Part shown: piece after piece, positions 28,456-42,479 of the stretch
Position numbering within the stretch: position 1 is the first letter of the stretch
Layout: every line of letters begins with the position of its first letter
Source: Octopus vulgaris
Taxonomy: Eukaryota
DNA: 64,000 nucleotides
Assembly: GCA_951406725.2 (NCBI GenBank)
Contig: OX597840.1
Coordinates: 6,448,001 to 6,512,000, forward strand
Direction of reading: 5' to 3'
The notes under the pieces: generated by a model
What the model saw: the letters and a program-made list of their open reading frames with translations, nothing else
What the model was told of the DNA's origin: nothing
Databases searched by the model: none
Made by a program: the position numbers and the translations under genes

Positions 28456-28614
28456 CACATACATACACATATACACATACATACACATACACATACATAC
28501 ATATACATATATACACATATATACACATATACACATACATATATACACATATACATACATATACATACACACACACATACATATATACATATACACTGAT
28601 ACACATACCCATAC

Positions 28615-28647
<33 letters not shown>

Positions 28648-28730
28648 TATACACATGCATATACTTATATCTCTACATACTCACATATAAACATATATAT
28701 ATATACACACATATATATATACATGTACAT

Positions 28731-28793
<63 letters not shown>

Positions 28794-29278
28794 TACATAT
28801 ACACATATACATGTATACATATGCAATAATGATACACATATATACACATACACACACACAGACAGATGCATATACATACATATATATATAAATTACATAT
28901 CTATATAAATACATACATAATACACATATACACACACATATATATACATGCATATACATATACAAATATACATACACATACATACACACACACGCGCACA
29001 CATACATATACACACACACATATACAAATACATACATACACACATACACACACACACATATATACATACATGTACACATATACATATATATATATATATC
29101 AACAAGGGAGGGTAAAGTTAATTAGTTATTAATCAATTTCACCAAGTATTCAGTATGTACAGGGACCATTATTATTTTTTTGAGTAAACAGTGTAAGAGG
29201 GAAAAAATTCTCTAAGTAGTGGAAGAGGCTAAAAAACTTTATTGGCTGCTATTTCTAGAAAGTTTAGTATGTGGCAAA
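24682..29278. repeat. ~2.3-kb direct tandem duplication of low-complexity DNA
   Basis: 24682-26942 is repeated at 27018-29278 with only a few substitutions and microsatellite length differences. Confidence 0.9.
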
Positions 29279-29834
29279 GTACTTTGCCACATACTAAACT
29301 TTAAACGGGAAGCTTTATGAAAATAAACAAAAGACGAAGGCAGGTGGAAAACAAACGAACAATTGTATTAGTATGGCGCTCAGGAAATATAAATAAAACA
29401 AGTCTTTAACGTTTCGAGCCTACGCTCTTCAACAGAAAGATACACAGAGAGAGAAAAACACAGAAAGAAGGAGAGAAAAAAAATGCGTGCAGTAGCTAAC
29501 GAATCAACATGGCGATATATATATATATATATGTGCATATGTGTATGTGGGTGTATGTATATATAGGTGTAAATATGTGTATATAGGGAACTAGGTGTGT
29601 TGTGTGTGCATGAGTGTATGTGCGTATGAATATATATTTTTCTGTGTATATATGTATGTGTGGTCGTGGGTATATATATACATGTGTGTATGCGTGCATG
29701 CATGGGAGTGAGTGTATGCATATATACGTGTGTGTATGTGTAGACAGGTATTTGCATGTGCATGTGTATAAATTTGTATATGTGGGCGGGTGTATGTATG
29801 TGTGTATGTAGATATGTATGTATATGCGTGTATA

Positions 29835-29877
<43 letters not shown>

Positions 29878-30253
29878 ATGTATATGTGTGTAGATACGTA
29901 TACATATGTGTATAGGTATAAGTGAGAATCTCCTTATTTACCTATAACTCTATCCCCCCTTTTTTTTTATATATATATTTTTTTTTATATATATATTTTT
30001 TTTATATATATATTTTTTATATATATTTTTTATTTTTTTATTTTTTTATTTTATTTTTTTTTTTATTTTTTTATTTATTTATTTTTTTATTATTTTTTTT
30101 ATTTATCTATTCTTTCATCTAACTTACCACTGACTCCTTGACCACTCCCCCAAGTATGATATTTTGCGCTATGCCTACCCCCAAAAAAGTCCCCCACCAC
30201 CACTCCTTTAAACCTGCCTAAATGTATAAATGCTAATACAATTCTTGTTAAAT

Positions 30254-30304
30254 AGCTTCCTGAAGATTTCTCTTGAATGAAACAGTACTAGTCCTGTAGA
30301 AGCT
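30254..30304 (+). ncRNA. hammerhead-like motif, family G (inverted twin at 23958-24008)
   Basis: AGCTTC-CTGAAGA-tTTCtcttGAAt-GAA-ACAGTACTAGT-C...GAAGCT. Stem I is interrupted. Confidence 0.4.
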
Positions 30305-30387
30305 CCTTCTATATAATAAATTAATTTTACTCTGCTATGTATTGAGTACCTTACTTACTGTGGTTAACCCCGAATCAACCCGGGACC

Positions 30388-30534
<147 letters not shown>

Positions 30535-30709
30535 ATGGATCTATTTTCTCTGGTTTTTTTCGTTGTTCAAAAAAAGTTCGTTTCTGAGTTTGTTTATGTG
30601 TCCGTTTATCATTGTCTTCAACGCTTTTTTTTATGTCTTGTACCCATATATGCATGTGTATATATACATATATATATGTAGGTAGGTACGTACATATATG
30701 TATGTACAT

Positions 30710-30763
<54 letters not shown>

Positions 30764-30850
30764 TATGTACATACATATATGTACGTACCTACCTACATAT
30801 ATATATGTATATATACACATGCATATATGTGTATATATAAGTATATATAA

Positions 30851-30890
<40 letters not shown>

Positions 30891-31397
30891 GTATGTATGT
30901 ATGTATGTATGTATGTATGTAGGTAGGTAGGTAGGTATGTATATATAAGGATTATACTATTTCTGCGGGGCATAAGCCCATTTTTGGGAGATAAAAGAAT
31001 TAGGTTCTTGCTCGAATTGTTTTGCAATCTGCATGTGCGTGTGTAGGGGTGCATCTGCGTCTGTGTGTATGTGTGTACTCATAGTTGTGGAAGTGCGTAG
31101 ATATGTAAATACACATGTCAATGTGTTAGGAATCTGTGAACATGTGTGTTTATATGCATATGTATGTATGTATGTATGTATGTATGTGTTTGTGAATATA
31201 TACCTGTGTTTATAGGTGTGTATCTCTATATCTATGTGCATGCAGATGTGTGCAGTTGTGTCGGTGAGAATGAATGTATGTATGTGCTTGTTTATATGTA
31301 TTTTTGTGAGGTTTTGTTTGATGAACACTAAGTGTAGCGAAGTGTGTTTTTACATATTTGGGTTAGTGTCTGCCTCTCTCTCTCTTTTTCTCTCTCT

Positions 31398-31446
<49 letters not shown>

Positions 31447-31505
31447 TAGGGATGGTATTATTAAAATACCATCACAAGTGGTAAGCGAATTGTTAAAACG
31501 GTAAA

Positions 31506-31568
<63 letters not shown>

Positions 31569-31676
31569 CGTAGAGGCAAATTGATAAAATATATGCATAC
31601 AGTATTAAATATGTACATATATACACAAGGGTGCTACATGAGTACCTATATATATATATGTATATATATATGTATA

Positions 31677-31758
<82 letters not shown>

Positions 31759-31799
31759 TATATACATATACATATACATATATACGTATGTATGTATGT

Positions 31800-32777
31800 A
31801 ATTAGTTCTCGGGAACCGCCTTCAGCACAAACCAAACAACTGGATTTTGTGTCGTCACAAAGCCTGACCCTAATTCCTTAAATATCAGCATTGTTTACCG
31901 AGAACATTTCACTCTCAACAAAAGCGAATGACCGTCTGCAACTATGAAAAAAACACCTCGGAGTGAGTGGTGCAGCTACAGTGTGAATCGCTCGGGGTAA
32001 CCTTTGAGTTTATCGCCCGCCCTCGGTACCGCCCACCAGATCTATACAGACTTTTGCAGCCGACTACTCTCCCCATAACAGCGTCTCCCGGAGCGGATCG
32101 AAACCTCGCTCGCACCCCCAACAGTAACGCTAGTATTTGAACTTTGGCAAAGTTCTATTGCCCATTAAACAGTGAAGCTTGAATCCTCACACAAGTGCAA
32201 ACTGTTGCTGTTGTGTATGACAGAGGGTGAAAATCTCGCCTGCGCTTTCTGTGGTTTCATTGCTCCTTTAAAAATTGGTCTTGTCACCAATGGAAGGTCA
32301 CACGTATCAGGAGACCAGCACAAGATGTTTATAAGCATACAACTCCAATGGTCCTCACGTTGGAACTGGCCCGACCAAAGCCTTGCTGTCCTTTGTGTCC
32401 AAAGGTCTGCTCATCTGTTGCTAGGTTGAAAATCTATATTGGGACCGCACCCCCAACAACAATGCTACTATTTGAACTTTAGCAAAATTCTATTGCCCAT
32501 CAAACAGTGGAGCTTAAATCCTCACACAAGTACAAACGGTTGCAGTTCTGTATGACAGAGGGTCCGGTGAAAATCTCGCCTGCGTTTTCTGTGGTTTCAT
32601 TGCTCCTTTAAAAATTGGTCTTGTCATCAGTGGAAGGTCACACGTATCAGGAGACCAATACGAGATGTTTATAAGCACATAACTCCTCTCGTTGGAAGTG
32701 GCCCGACCAAACCCTTGCTGTCCTTTGTGTCCAAAAGTCTGCTCATCTGTTGCTGGGTTGAAAATCCATGTTGGGAC
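31800..32777 (+). mobile_element. probable 5' end of a zinc-finger-bearing non-LTR retrotransposon with an internal ~335-bp tandem duplication
   Basis: Begins after (TATG)n. Degenerate C2H2 fingers LACAFCGF...RSH and CPLCPKVCSSVAGLKIH. Segment 32111-32445 is repeated at 32446-32777. Confidence 0.5.
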
Positions 32778-32964
32778 ATGGGCACAGACATGGGCGCAGA
32801 CATGGATGGTTGTGCGGTTCAGAGCTGGTTTTGTGACCATGTGGTTTTGGATCCAGTCTCACTACATGACACTCTGGGTAAGTGTCTTCTACTGTAGCCC
32901 TGGGCTGACCAAAGTTTTGTGAGAGAATTTGGTAGATGGTAACTGTGGAAGCCCGTCTGTCTGT

Positions 32965-33092
<128 letters not shown>

Positions 33093-33109
33093 TTATCTAT
33101 CTATCTATC

Positions 33110-33530
33110 GCGAATGTTTTAAAAAAAGATGGGTGAATGTAGCAAGGATGGCACGTATGAATGACGAAGCCACCTTGAGAATAATCCTATGAACCCGGAA
33201 ATTTAAAACAGAGGGTTACCTACTTGCAAACAAATATGGTAACATGTAACAATATTGACCGAGGTTACCGTGGTCTTTTCCGTAGGCTTTTCTTCCCACG
33301 GATAAACCTTATCTGCTTCCCCCTTTACATCTTACATCATGACACTGTGATACACGATCCCTATTGATCGTTTTTTCTTGTTTCTTTTACTTTTTTTGTT
33401 TTTTCTTCTTTCTTCTTTCCCTTTTACGATCCCTTTTGATCGAAAACCTACCCCACCTTTATATCCCCCCCCAGCTCTACTTTGTAATCTGTCCCGTCTG
33501 TGTGCAGCCCTGTGTGGCTAAAAAGAAACA
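33110..33530 (+). mobile_element. 3' end of an L1/Tx1-like LINE inserted in (TATC)n
   Basis: ECFKKRWVNVARMARMNDEATLRIIL* followed by a UTR ending ...gtggctaa(t)aaagaaaca(TATC)n. Second partial copy at 33740-33882; inverted copy at 47714-48200. Confidence 0.55.
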
Positions 33531-33679
<149 letters not shown>

Positions 33680-33685
33680 GTCTAA

Positions 33686-33739
<54 letters not shown>

Positions 33740-34569
33740 GATACACGATCCCTATTGATTGTTTTTTTACGATCCCTTTTGATCGAAAACCTACCTCCCT
33801 TTTTTTTCTCCCCAAAAAGAAAAGCTCTACTTTCTAATTTTTCCCCTTTGTGTTCAGCCCTGTGTAGCTAATAAAGAAACATATCTATCTATCTGTCTGT
33901 CTGTCTGTCAGTCTGTCTGCATGTCTGTCTGTCTGTCTGCCTGCCTGTCTGTCTGCCTGTCTGTCTGTCTGTCTAATAAATAGACAAATATTGAGAAAAA
34001 AAAAAACGAAAAAAAAACGAATAAATAAAATCGAATATTAAGCAATTATGGAATTTTGAATTTCTGTCGGGTGACTTTTGGCCAACCCTGTATATAAACA
34101 GATACACGCACGCGCATGTATAACCATGCCTTCCGGCGCTCGACATCAATATATAATCCGCATCTTATTAGCATCATTATTATCTCCAACCACAACAACA
34201 ACTGCAACAACAACAACAACAAGGAACCCAGTTATTAGCAGATATACACATATAATTAGTACAAGGGGATGTTTCAATTAATTATGATTACGAGGGTCAG
34301 AATTAGGAAATTTATAGAGCTACGTTGCTTTAGATTCTTGGTTCGTATCCCGCCGAGATCGTTTTTTGCTTTCATCGTCCCAAGGTCGATAAAGTAAAGT
34401 ACCAGTCGAGTATAGATGGCGATGTAATCAATCCGTCCTCCTCTTCCTTCTTCTTCTTCTTCTTCTTCTTTTCTCCCCTCCTCCTCATTCTCCTCTGCCC
34501 CTCAAAATTGCTGGCCTAGGTCTAAATCAGAAACTATTCTTCTTTTCATCCTCCTCCTCCTCCTCCTCT

Positions 34570-34600
<31 letters not shown>

Positions 34601-35205
34601 CACCACCACAACCACCACAACCACCATCGTCACCACCACCATCACCACCACCACTACCACTATCATCATCATTTCTTCCGCTACTTTACGTTCTGAGTTC
34701 AAATGCCGTCAAGGTTGACTTTGTCTTTCATCTTTTCGGGGTCGATAAAATAATTACCAGTTGAGCACGGGGGTGGTTGATGTAATAGACTTATACCCCG
34801 CCATCGAAATTGCTGGCCTTGTGCCAAAAATTGAAACCATTGTTTTTAAGGCGGCGATCTGGCAGAACCGTTAGCACGTCAGGCAAAAAGAAAAAGCCTA
34901 GCGATATTTCGTCCGCTTTGACGTTCCGAGTTCAAATTCTACCGAGTTCGACTTAGCCTTTCATCATTTTTCGTATCGATGAAATACGTAGCAGTCGATC
35001 ACTGGGGTTGATATGATCGATTAGCCCTCTCTTTCAAATTTTCAGGTTTTGTGCCCATTGTAGGAAATCGGTATCAGAACGGAGAATCTTTTCCCAAAGC
35101 GTTAAGTTACGAAGCGTAAACATACAAACACGTGTTGTCAAGCGGAAGTAGGGGACAAACACGAACACGCCCACACACCCCACATATCTATCTATCACTC
35201 GGACA

Positions 35206-35240
<35 letters not shown>

Positions 35241-35631
35241 ATACATAAATATATATATATGTATATATATATATGTATATATATACATATGTATATATAT
35301 ATATATATATGGGGTTTAACGTTTCGAGCGGAGCTCTTCGTCAGAAACATAGAAAAAGGAAAAATCCCAAAAAGGGAAGACGCAGGAAAAAAATCGCCAA
35401 CGGTACACACGCGGTCACATAAACGTAAAGCAACCACTCTTTTGATTAGCTATATATACATGTATATATATATATATAGAATTTAATATAAAATATAAAT
35501 TACAAAGTGGGACAAGAACGCAAAAACACACAAGGAGACGACACAAAAAACCGACGGGTCACTCGAAGCCTCTAATCTTCAGTCGGGAACCGGATCATCT
35601 TAGTGATTTCATATATATATATATGTATTTA

Positions 35632-35667
<36 letters not shown>

Positions 35668-35677
35668 TGCATGTATG

Positions 35678-35786
<109 letters not shown>

Positions 35787-36246
35787 TATGTATGTATATA
35801 TATATATATAGCTAATCAAAAAACGGAGAAAAAAGACAAGAAAAAACAACAACGCGAGTATTAATAAGACGCTCGGAGAAGGAAAGAAAGAGTGGTTGCT
35901 TTACGTTTCGAGCAAAGCGCTTCTTCGGAAACGGGAGACATAGGAAAGTTTAAAAAAATAAACCCCCAAAAAGGGAAGGTGTAAAAAAAAGTCGCCAAAA
36001 GTCTACGACGGGCTTCATTTCTTTTCTGTCTGCTACACCCACTCACAAGGCTTCAGTCGACTCGAGGTATATAGTTGAAGACACTTGTCCAAGGTGCCGT
36101 ACTGTGGGACTGAACCCAGAACCATTTGGTTGGTAGGTAACCACATGGTTGTACATTAGTAGGTTGCACATTAGTAGAAAAAAGTGTCCAGAAACTTTCT
36201 TTCTACTAAACTAAAGTAACAACATTCTGAGTAATTCTCCGTTCAC

Positions 36247-36318
36247 GGTCTCATGGTGTAATGGTTAGCACTCTGGACTTTGAATCCAGCGATCTGAGTT
36301 CGAATCTCGGTGAGACCT
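36247..36318 (+). tRNA. tRNA-Gln (anticodon TTG)
   Basis: GGTCTCATGGTGTAATGGTTAGCACTCTGGACTTTGAATCCAGCGATCTGAGTTCGAATCTCGGTGAGACCT forms a full cloverleaf with A/B boxes and a downstream T run. Confidence 0.95.
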
Positions 36319-36723
36319 GTCCATTAATATATTTTATCTATTTTTGCAAATGAATCAACAAAACATGATCGATGCTAGTATTATTCTTTTCTACTCTATG
36401 CACAAGGCCCGAAATTTTGGGGGAGGGTGTCAGTCGATTAGATCGACCCAGTACGCAACTGGTACCTAATTTATCGACCCCGAAAATTAACGATCTTATC
36501 CTTACACACACACACACACACACATGTACTACAACTACTCACAAAACTTCAGTTGGCCCGAGGCTATAGTATAAGACACTTGCCCAAGGTGCCATGCAGT
36601 GGGACTGAACTTAGAACCATGTGGTTGGCAAGCAAGCTTCCTACCATGCAAACATGCCTGCGCCCGAGAAACTTTCTTTCTACTAAACTAAAGTAACAAC
36701 ATTTTGAGTGATTCATTGTTCAC

Positions 36724-36795
36724 AGTCTCATGGTGTAATGGTTAGCACTCTGGACTTTGAATCCAGCGATCTGAGTTCGAATCTCGGTGAGACCT
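36724..36795 (+). tRNA. tRNA-Gln(TTG), G1A variant
   Basis: Same body but begins AGTCTCA, giving an A1:C72 mismatch in the acceptor stem. Confidence 0.8.
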
Positions 36796-37165
36796 TTCTG
36801 TTTATATATTTTATCTATTTTTGCAAATGAAAAACAAAATATGATCGATGCCAGTATTATTCTTTTCTACTCTATGCACAAGGCCCGAAATTTTGGGGGA
36901 GGGAGTCAGTCGATTAGATCGACTCCAAGTACGCAACTGGTACCTAATTTATCGACCCCGAAAATTAACGATCTTATCCTTACACACACACACACACACA
37001 CACACGCACCCATGTACTTCAGTATCAATAACTTCATCCGTCTTTTCTTTGTTTTTTTTTCCTTCTCTATCATTATCTGTCTATCTTGTCAGGTATCCTC
37101 TACCGCCACCCCCACCATTCTTTCTCTTCTGAAATTTCCTCTATTTCCCGCTCATATACATACAT

Positions 37166-37196
<31 letters not shown>

Positions 37197-37224
37197 TACA
37201 TACATACATACATACATACATACA

Positions 37225-37332
<108 letters not shown>

Positions 37333-37628
37333 GTTTAAATATTTGTTGTGCAAGATTTTTTTATGTAAAGTCGTGTGTTGAAACAGATATTGATATATTT
37401 CGGAATGGTCATATTGCCAGTTTAGCCAATAAAAACACACGCACTATATATTTGGTGTTATTTTGCTTCAGTGTTATTTATTTTTTACATTAATCTTAAT
37501 CTTATTTCGGCCAGAGTTCTTTCGTCACACTCCTGTGACCGCATCAGTGGTCCTTTGTTTTCTTCTTTCTTATTTGTGTCTCTCCTTACTAACCGTCAGC
37601 CATTTTGTATTTCCTCTATTTCCCGCTC

Positions 37629-37659
<31 letters not shown>

Positions 37660-37695
37660 CACACACATACATACATACATACATACATACATACA

Positions 37696-37729
<34 letters not shown>

Positions 37730-38326
37730 CACATACACACACACATACATACATACATACATACATACATACATACATACATACATACATACAAAATGGC
37801 TGACGGTTAGTAAGGAGAGACACAAATAAGAAAGAAGAAAACAAAAGACCACTGATGCGGTCACAGGAGTGTGACGAAAGAACTCTGGCCGAAATAAGAT
37901 TAAGATTAATGTAAAAAATAAATAACACTGAGGCAAAATAACACCAAATATATAGTGCGTGTGTTTTTATTGGCTAAACTGGCAATATGACCATTCCGAA
38001 ATATAACAATATATATATATGTATATAGTTAGTCAATCCAAACAAGAAAGCACAAAAAAAAAACACTACAACGCGAGGACGTGGAACAAATATAGTATTA
38101 TTGGACCCTCAGGAAAGAATGAAAGAAGGAGGGTTTAACGTTTCGAGCGGAGCTCTTCGTCAGAAACATAGGAAAAGGAAAGATCCAGAGAAGGGAAGAC
38201 AGAGGGAAAAAAATCGCCAACGGTACACTCGCGGTCACAGCTAATCAAAAAACGGAGAAAAAAGACAAGAAAAAACAACAACGCGAGTATTAATAAGACG
38301 CTCGGAGAAGGAAAGAAAGAGTGGTT

Positions 38327-38361
38327 GCTTTACGTTTCGAGCAAAGCTCTTCTTCGGAAAC
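38327..38361 (-). ncRNA. minimal hammerhead-like motif, family A2 (CCGAAGA core)
   Basis: GTTT-CCGAAGA-a-GAGCtttGCTC-GAA-ACGT-A|AAGC. Also at 35898-35932 and 39670-39704. Confidence 0.55.
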
Positions 38362-38670
38362 AGGAGACATAGGAAAGTTCAAAAAAAAAAAAGGAGGGGT
38401 GGGGGAAGAAAAAGAGTCGCAAAAAGTTTACGACGGACTTCATATATTTTCTGTCTACTACACCCACTCACAAGGCTTTAGTCGACTCGAGGTATATAGT
38501 AGAAGACACTTGCCCAAGGTGCCGCACAGTGGGATTGAACCCAGAACCATTTGGTTGATAAGCAGCCACATGGTTGGACATTAGTAGGTTGCACATTAGT
38601 AGAAAAAGTGTCCAGAAACTTTCTTTCTACTAAACTAAAGTAACAACATTTTGAGTGATTCTTTGTTCAC

Positions 38671-38742
38671 GGTCTCATGGTGTAATGGTTAGCACTCTGG
38701 ACTTTGAATCCAGCGATCTGAGTTCGAATCTCGGTGAGACCT
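38671..38742 (+). tRNA. tRNA-Gln(TTG)
   Basis: Identical to the copy at 36247. Confidence 0.95.
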
Positions 38743-39104
38743 ATCTGTTAATATATTTTATCTATTTTTGCAAATGAATCAACTAAACATGATCGACGCC
38801 AGTATTATTCTTTTCTACTCTAGGCACAAGACCCGAAATTTTGGGGGAGGGAGTCAGTCGATTAGATCGACTGCAGTACGCAGCTGGTACCTAAATTATC
38901 GACCCCGATCATTAACGATCTTATCCTTTACACACACACACACACACATACACACACACATGTACTTCAGTATCAAATAACCTCATCCATCTTTTCTTTG
39001 TTTTTCTTTCTTCTCTCTCATTATCTGTCTATCTTGTCAGGTATCCTCTACCGCCACCCACACCTTTCTCTTCTGAAATTTCCTCTATTTCCCGCTCACA
39101 TACA

Positions 39105-39193
<89 letters not shown>

Positions 39194-39321
39194 AATCAAA
39201 ATAAGCAACTGCTTATTTTGATTATAATCACCCCATGGATTTATATGGATAGCACCATTCAAAATTCTGGTGCATCTACCTTAAGTACCATATTCATTTG
39301 AATCTAAATTTTGCTGAACTT

Positions 39322-39380
<59 letters not shown>

Positions 39381-40008
39381 ATCCAAACATGAAAGCACAA
39401 AAAAAACACAACAACGCGAGTTCGTGGAACAAATATAGTATTATTGGACGCTCAGGAAAGAAGGAAAGAAGGAGAGTTTAACGTTTCGAGCGGAGCTCTT
39501 CGTCGGAAACATAGGAGAAGGAAAGATCCAGAGAAGGGAAGACAGAGGGAAAAAAATCTCCAACGGTACACACGCGGTCACAGCTAATCAAAAAACGGAG
39601 AAAAAAGACAAGAAAAAACAACAACGCGAGTATTAATAAGACGCTCGGAGAAGGAAAGAAAGAGTGGTTGCTTTACGTTTCGAGCAAAGCTCTTCTTCGG
39701 AAACAGGAGATATAGGAAAGTTCAAAAAAAATGGAGGGGGAGGAAGAAAAGGAGTCGCAAAAAGTCTACGACGGACTTCATTTATCTTCTGTCTACTACA
39801 CCCATTCACAAGGCTTTAGCCGACTCGATGTTATAGTAGAAGGCACTTGCCCAAGGTACCGCACAGTGAGACTGAACCCAGAACCATTTGGTTGATAAGC
39901 AGCCACATGGTTGTACATTAGTAGGTTGCACATTAGTAGAAAAAAGTGTCCAAAAACTTTCTTTCTACTAAACTAAAGTAACAACATTTTGAGTGTTCCT
40001 TTGCTCAC

Positions 40009-40080
40009 GGTCTCATGGTGTAATGGTCAGCACTCTGGACTTTGAATCCAGCGATCTGAGTTCGAATCTCGGTGAGACCT
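40009..40080 (+). tRNA. tRNA-Gln(TTG), D-loop variant
   Basis: As above, with GGTCAG instead of GGTTAG in the D loop. Confidence 0.92.
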
Positions 40081-40488
40081 AGCTGTTAATATATTTTATC
40101 TATTTTTGCAAATGAATCAACAAAACATGATTGATACCAGTATTATTCTTTTCTACTCTAGGCACAAGGCCCGAAATTTTAGGGGAGGGAGTCAGTCGAT
40201 TAGATCGACTCCAGTACGCAACTGGTACCTAATTTATCGACCCCGAAAATTAACGATCTTATCCTTACACGCACACACACACACACACATGTACTACAAC
40301 TACTCACAAAGCTTTAGTCGGCCTGAGGCTATAGTATAAGACACTTGCCCAAGGTGCCATGCAGTGGGACTGAACTTAGAACCATGTGGTTGGCAAGCAA
40401 GCTTCTTACCATGCAAACATGCCTGCGCCCGAGAAACTTTCTTTCTACTAAACTAAAGTAACAACATTTTGAGTGATTCTTTGTTCAC

Positions 40489-40560
40489 GGTCTCATGGTG
40501 TAATGGTTAGCACTCTGGACTTTGAATCCAGCGATCTGAGTTCGAATCTCGGTGAGACCT
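40489..40560 (+). tRNA. tRNA-Gln(TTG)
   Basis: Identical to the copy at 36247. Confidence 0.95.
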
Positions 40561-41098
40561 ATCTGGTAATATATTTTATCTATTTTTGCAAATGAATCAA
40601 CAAAACATGATTGATGCAAGTATTATTCTTTTCTACTCTAGGCACAAGGCCCGAAATTTTAGGGGAGGGAGTCAGTCGATTAGATCGACTCCAGTACGCA
40701 ACTGGTACCTAACATATCGACCCCGAAAATCAACGATCTTATCCTTACACACACACACACACATACACACACACATGTACTTCAGTATCAAATAACCTCA
40801 TCCATCTTTTCTTTATTTTTTTACCATCTCTCTCATTATCTATCTTGTCATATATTCTCTACCGTCAGTCACACCATTCTTTCTCTTCTGAAATTTCTTC
40901 TATTTCCGGCTCACATACATACATACATACATACATGCATGCATACATACATAAATACATACATACATACATACATACATACATACATACATACATACAT
41001 ACATACGTACATACATACATACATACATACATACATACATGCATATGTACATACGTACATACATACATAATACATAATTCATACATACATACATACGT

Positions 41099-41193
<95 letters not shown>

Positions 41194-41418
41194 ATCCAAA
41201 CATGAAAACACAACAACGCGAGGACGTGGAACAAATATAGTATTATTGGACGCTCAAGAAGGAAGAGAAGAAGGAGGGTTTAACGTTTCGAGCGAAGCTC
41301 TTTGTCGGAAACATAGGAGAAAGAAAGATCCAGAGAAGGGAAGACAGAGGGAAAAAAAACGCCAACGATATATATATATATATATACTTTATTTAAAGCA
41401 ACAGAAAATTCAACAAAA

Positions 41419-41458
41419 CCTGTCCGACGAACGGGAATGTGAAACTCAGAGTAACAGG
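41419..41458 (+). ncRNA. hammerhead-like motif, family C (CCGACGA core) at the tip of a 37-bp hairpin
   Basis: CCTGT-CCGACGA-ACGggaaTGT-GAA-ACTCaGAGT-A|ACAGG. A diverged copy lies at 17287-17324. Confidence 0.55.
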
Positions 41459-41559
41459 TTTTGTTGAATTTTCTGCTGCTTTAAATAAAGCATATTACTC
41501 TACCCCTGGTATTTGAGTACTCTTTTTTCCACCTTGTTTCACATTTATGTGTTTACTCC

Positions 41560-41606
<47 letters not shown>

Positions 41607-41672
41607 GTAAATACGACTGTCGTTTTGAATCTCTTAACCAAAATTAAATAAGAAACATACGGATCCACGTAC

Positions 41673-42009
41673 CTAGCTGCTGATCAACATCTACATCTCG
41701 CTTTAATCGTACAACCTCATCCACCTGTCGGTACCTCAACGTCTGTAAAGGTAAGCCTCTTCCATCCTCTGTGTATCTTTTACGTTGCTTCAAAGCTGAA
41801 GGTTGGAGCACCAGGCCTGCCACGGTTAACAAAACCACAGCCAAAGTTATCCGTAGACATAAAGTGTCCTTAAGACTTCGTTTTCCCTTCTGGATCGTCT
41901 GCGGAGTCTGAGATTGAACGTGTAACGGTAGGGGCTCCAGGTCGGCCGTGTCGTCAGTAGGGTCGTAGTTGTAGGGGTAGTCGTCGTCATGGTCAAACGA
42001 ACCAGCCAT
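41673..42009 (-). CDS. SLC24/NCKX K+-dependent Na+/Ca2+ exchanger, putative coding exon 1 (N-terminus with hydrophobic anchor)
   Basis: ATG at 42009 opens MAGSFDHDD...LCLRITLAVVLLTVAGLVL...RLKRDVDVDQQL. Donor TAG|GTACGT at 41672 is phase 1 and matches the next exon. Linkage across the 24-kb intron is inferred from frame and NCKX N-terminal architecture. Confidence 0.7.
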
Positions 42010-42049
42010 TTATCCTATCTCTCTGTACACTAAATATTAGTTATGATGT

Positions 42050-42436
42050 CTGCGTATAATGAGATATTTCACCCCCGGCAACCTAACGACCTCCTAATCG
42101 CTCTCCTCTCTCTCTTTCTCTTCACCTGCTCTCTTTGTCCCTTTCTTTCTAACTCACTCACTCACTCACTCATTTATTCTCTCTTTACTCCCTCTCTCTG
42201 TCTCTCTGTCACACACTCTCACTAACTCATTCTTTTTCTCAATGCCCTCCCTCTGTCTTTCTTACTCTTTCATTCTCACTCTCTCTACTCCCTCTTTGTC
42301 TCTCTCTCTCTCTCTTACTCTCTTAATCATTCAGTTTTTCTCCCTCTACCCTTTTCTGCCCCGCTCTCTCTCACTCTCTTACTCATTCTCTCTCTCTCTC
42401 TACCCCGATTTCTGTCTCTTCTCTATGTCTCTATTT

Positions 42437-42479
<43 letters not shown>

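Noticed and set aside
19993-29132. Long ORFs (up to 459 aa) of [12 protein letters not shown] repeats
   Set aside because: They are translations of (TA)n, (TACA)n and (CA)n microsatellites, open in several frames on both strands, with no domain content.
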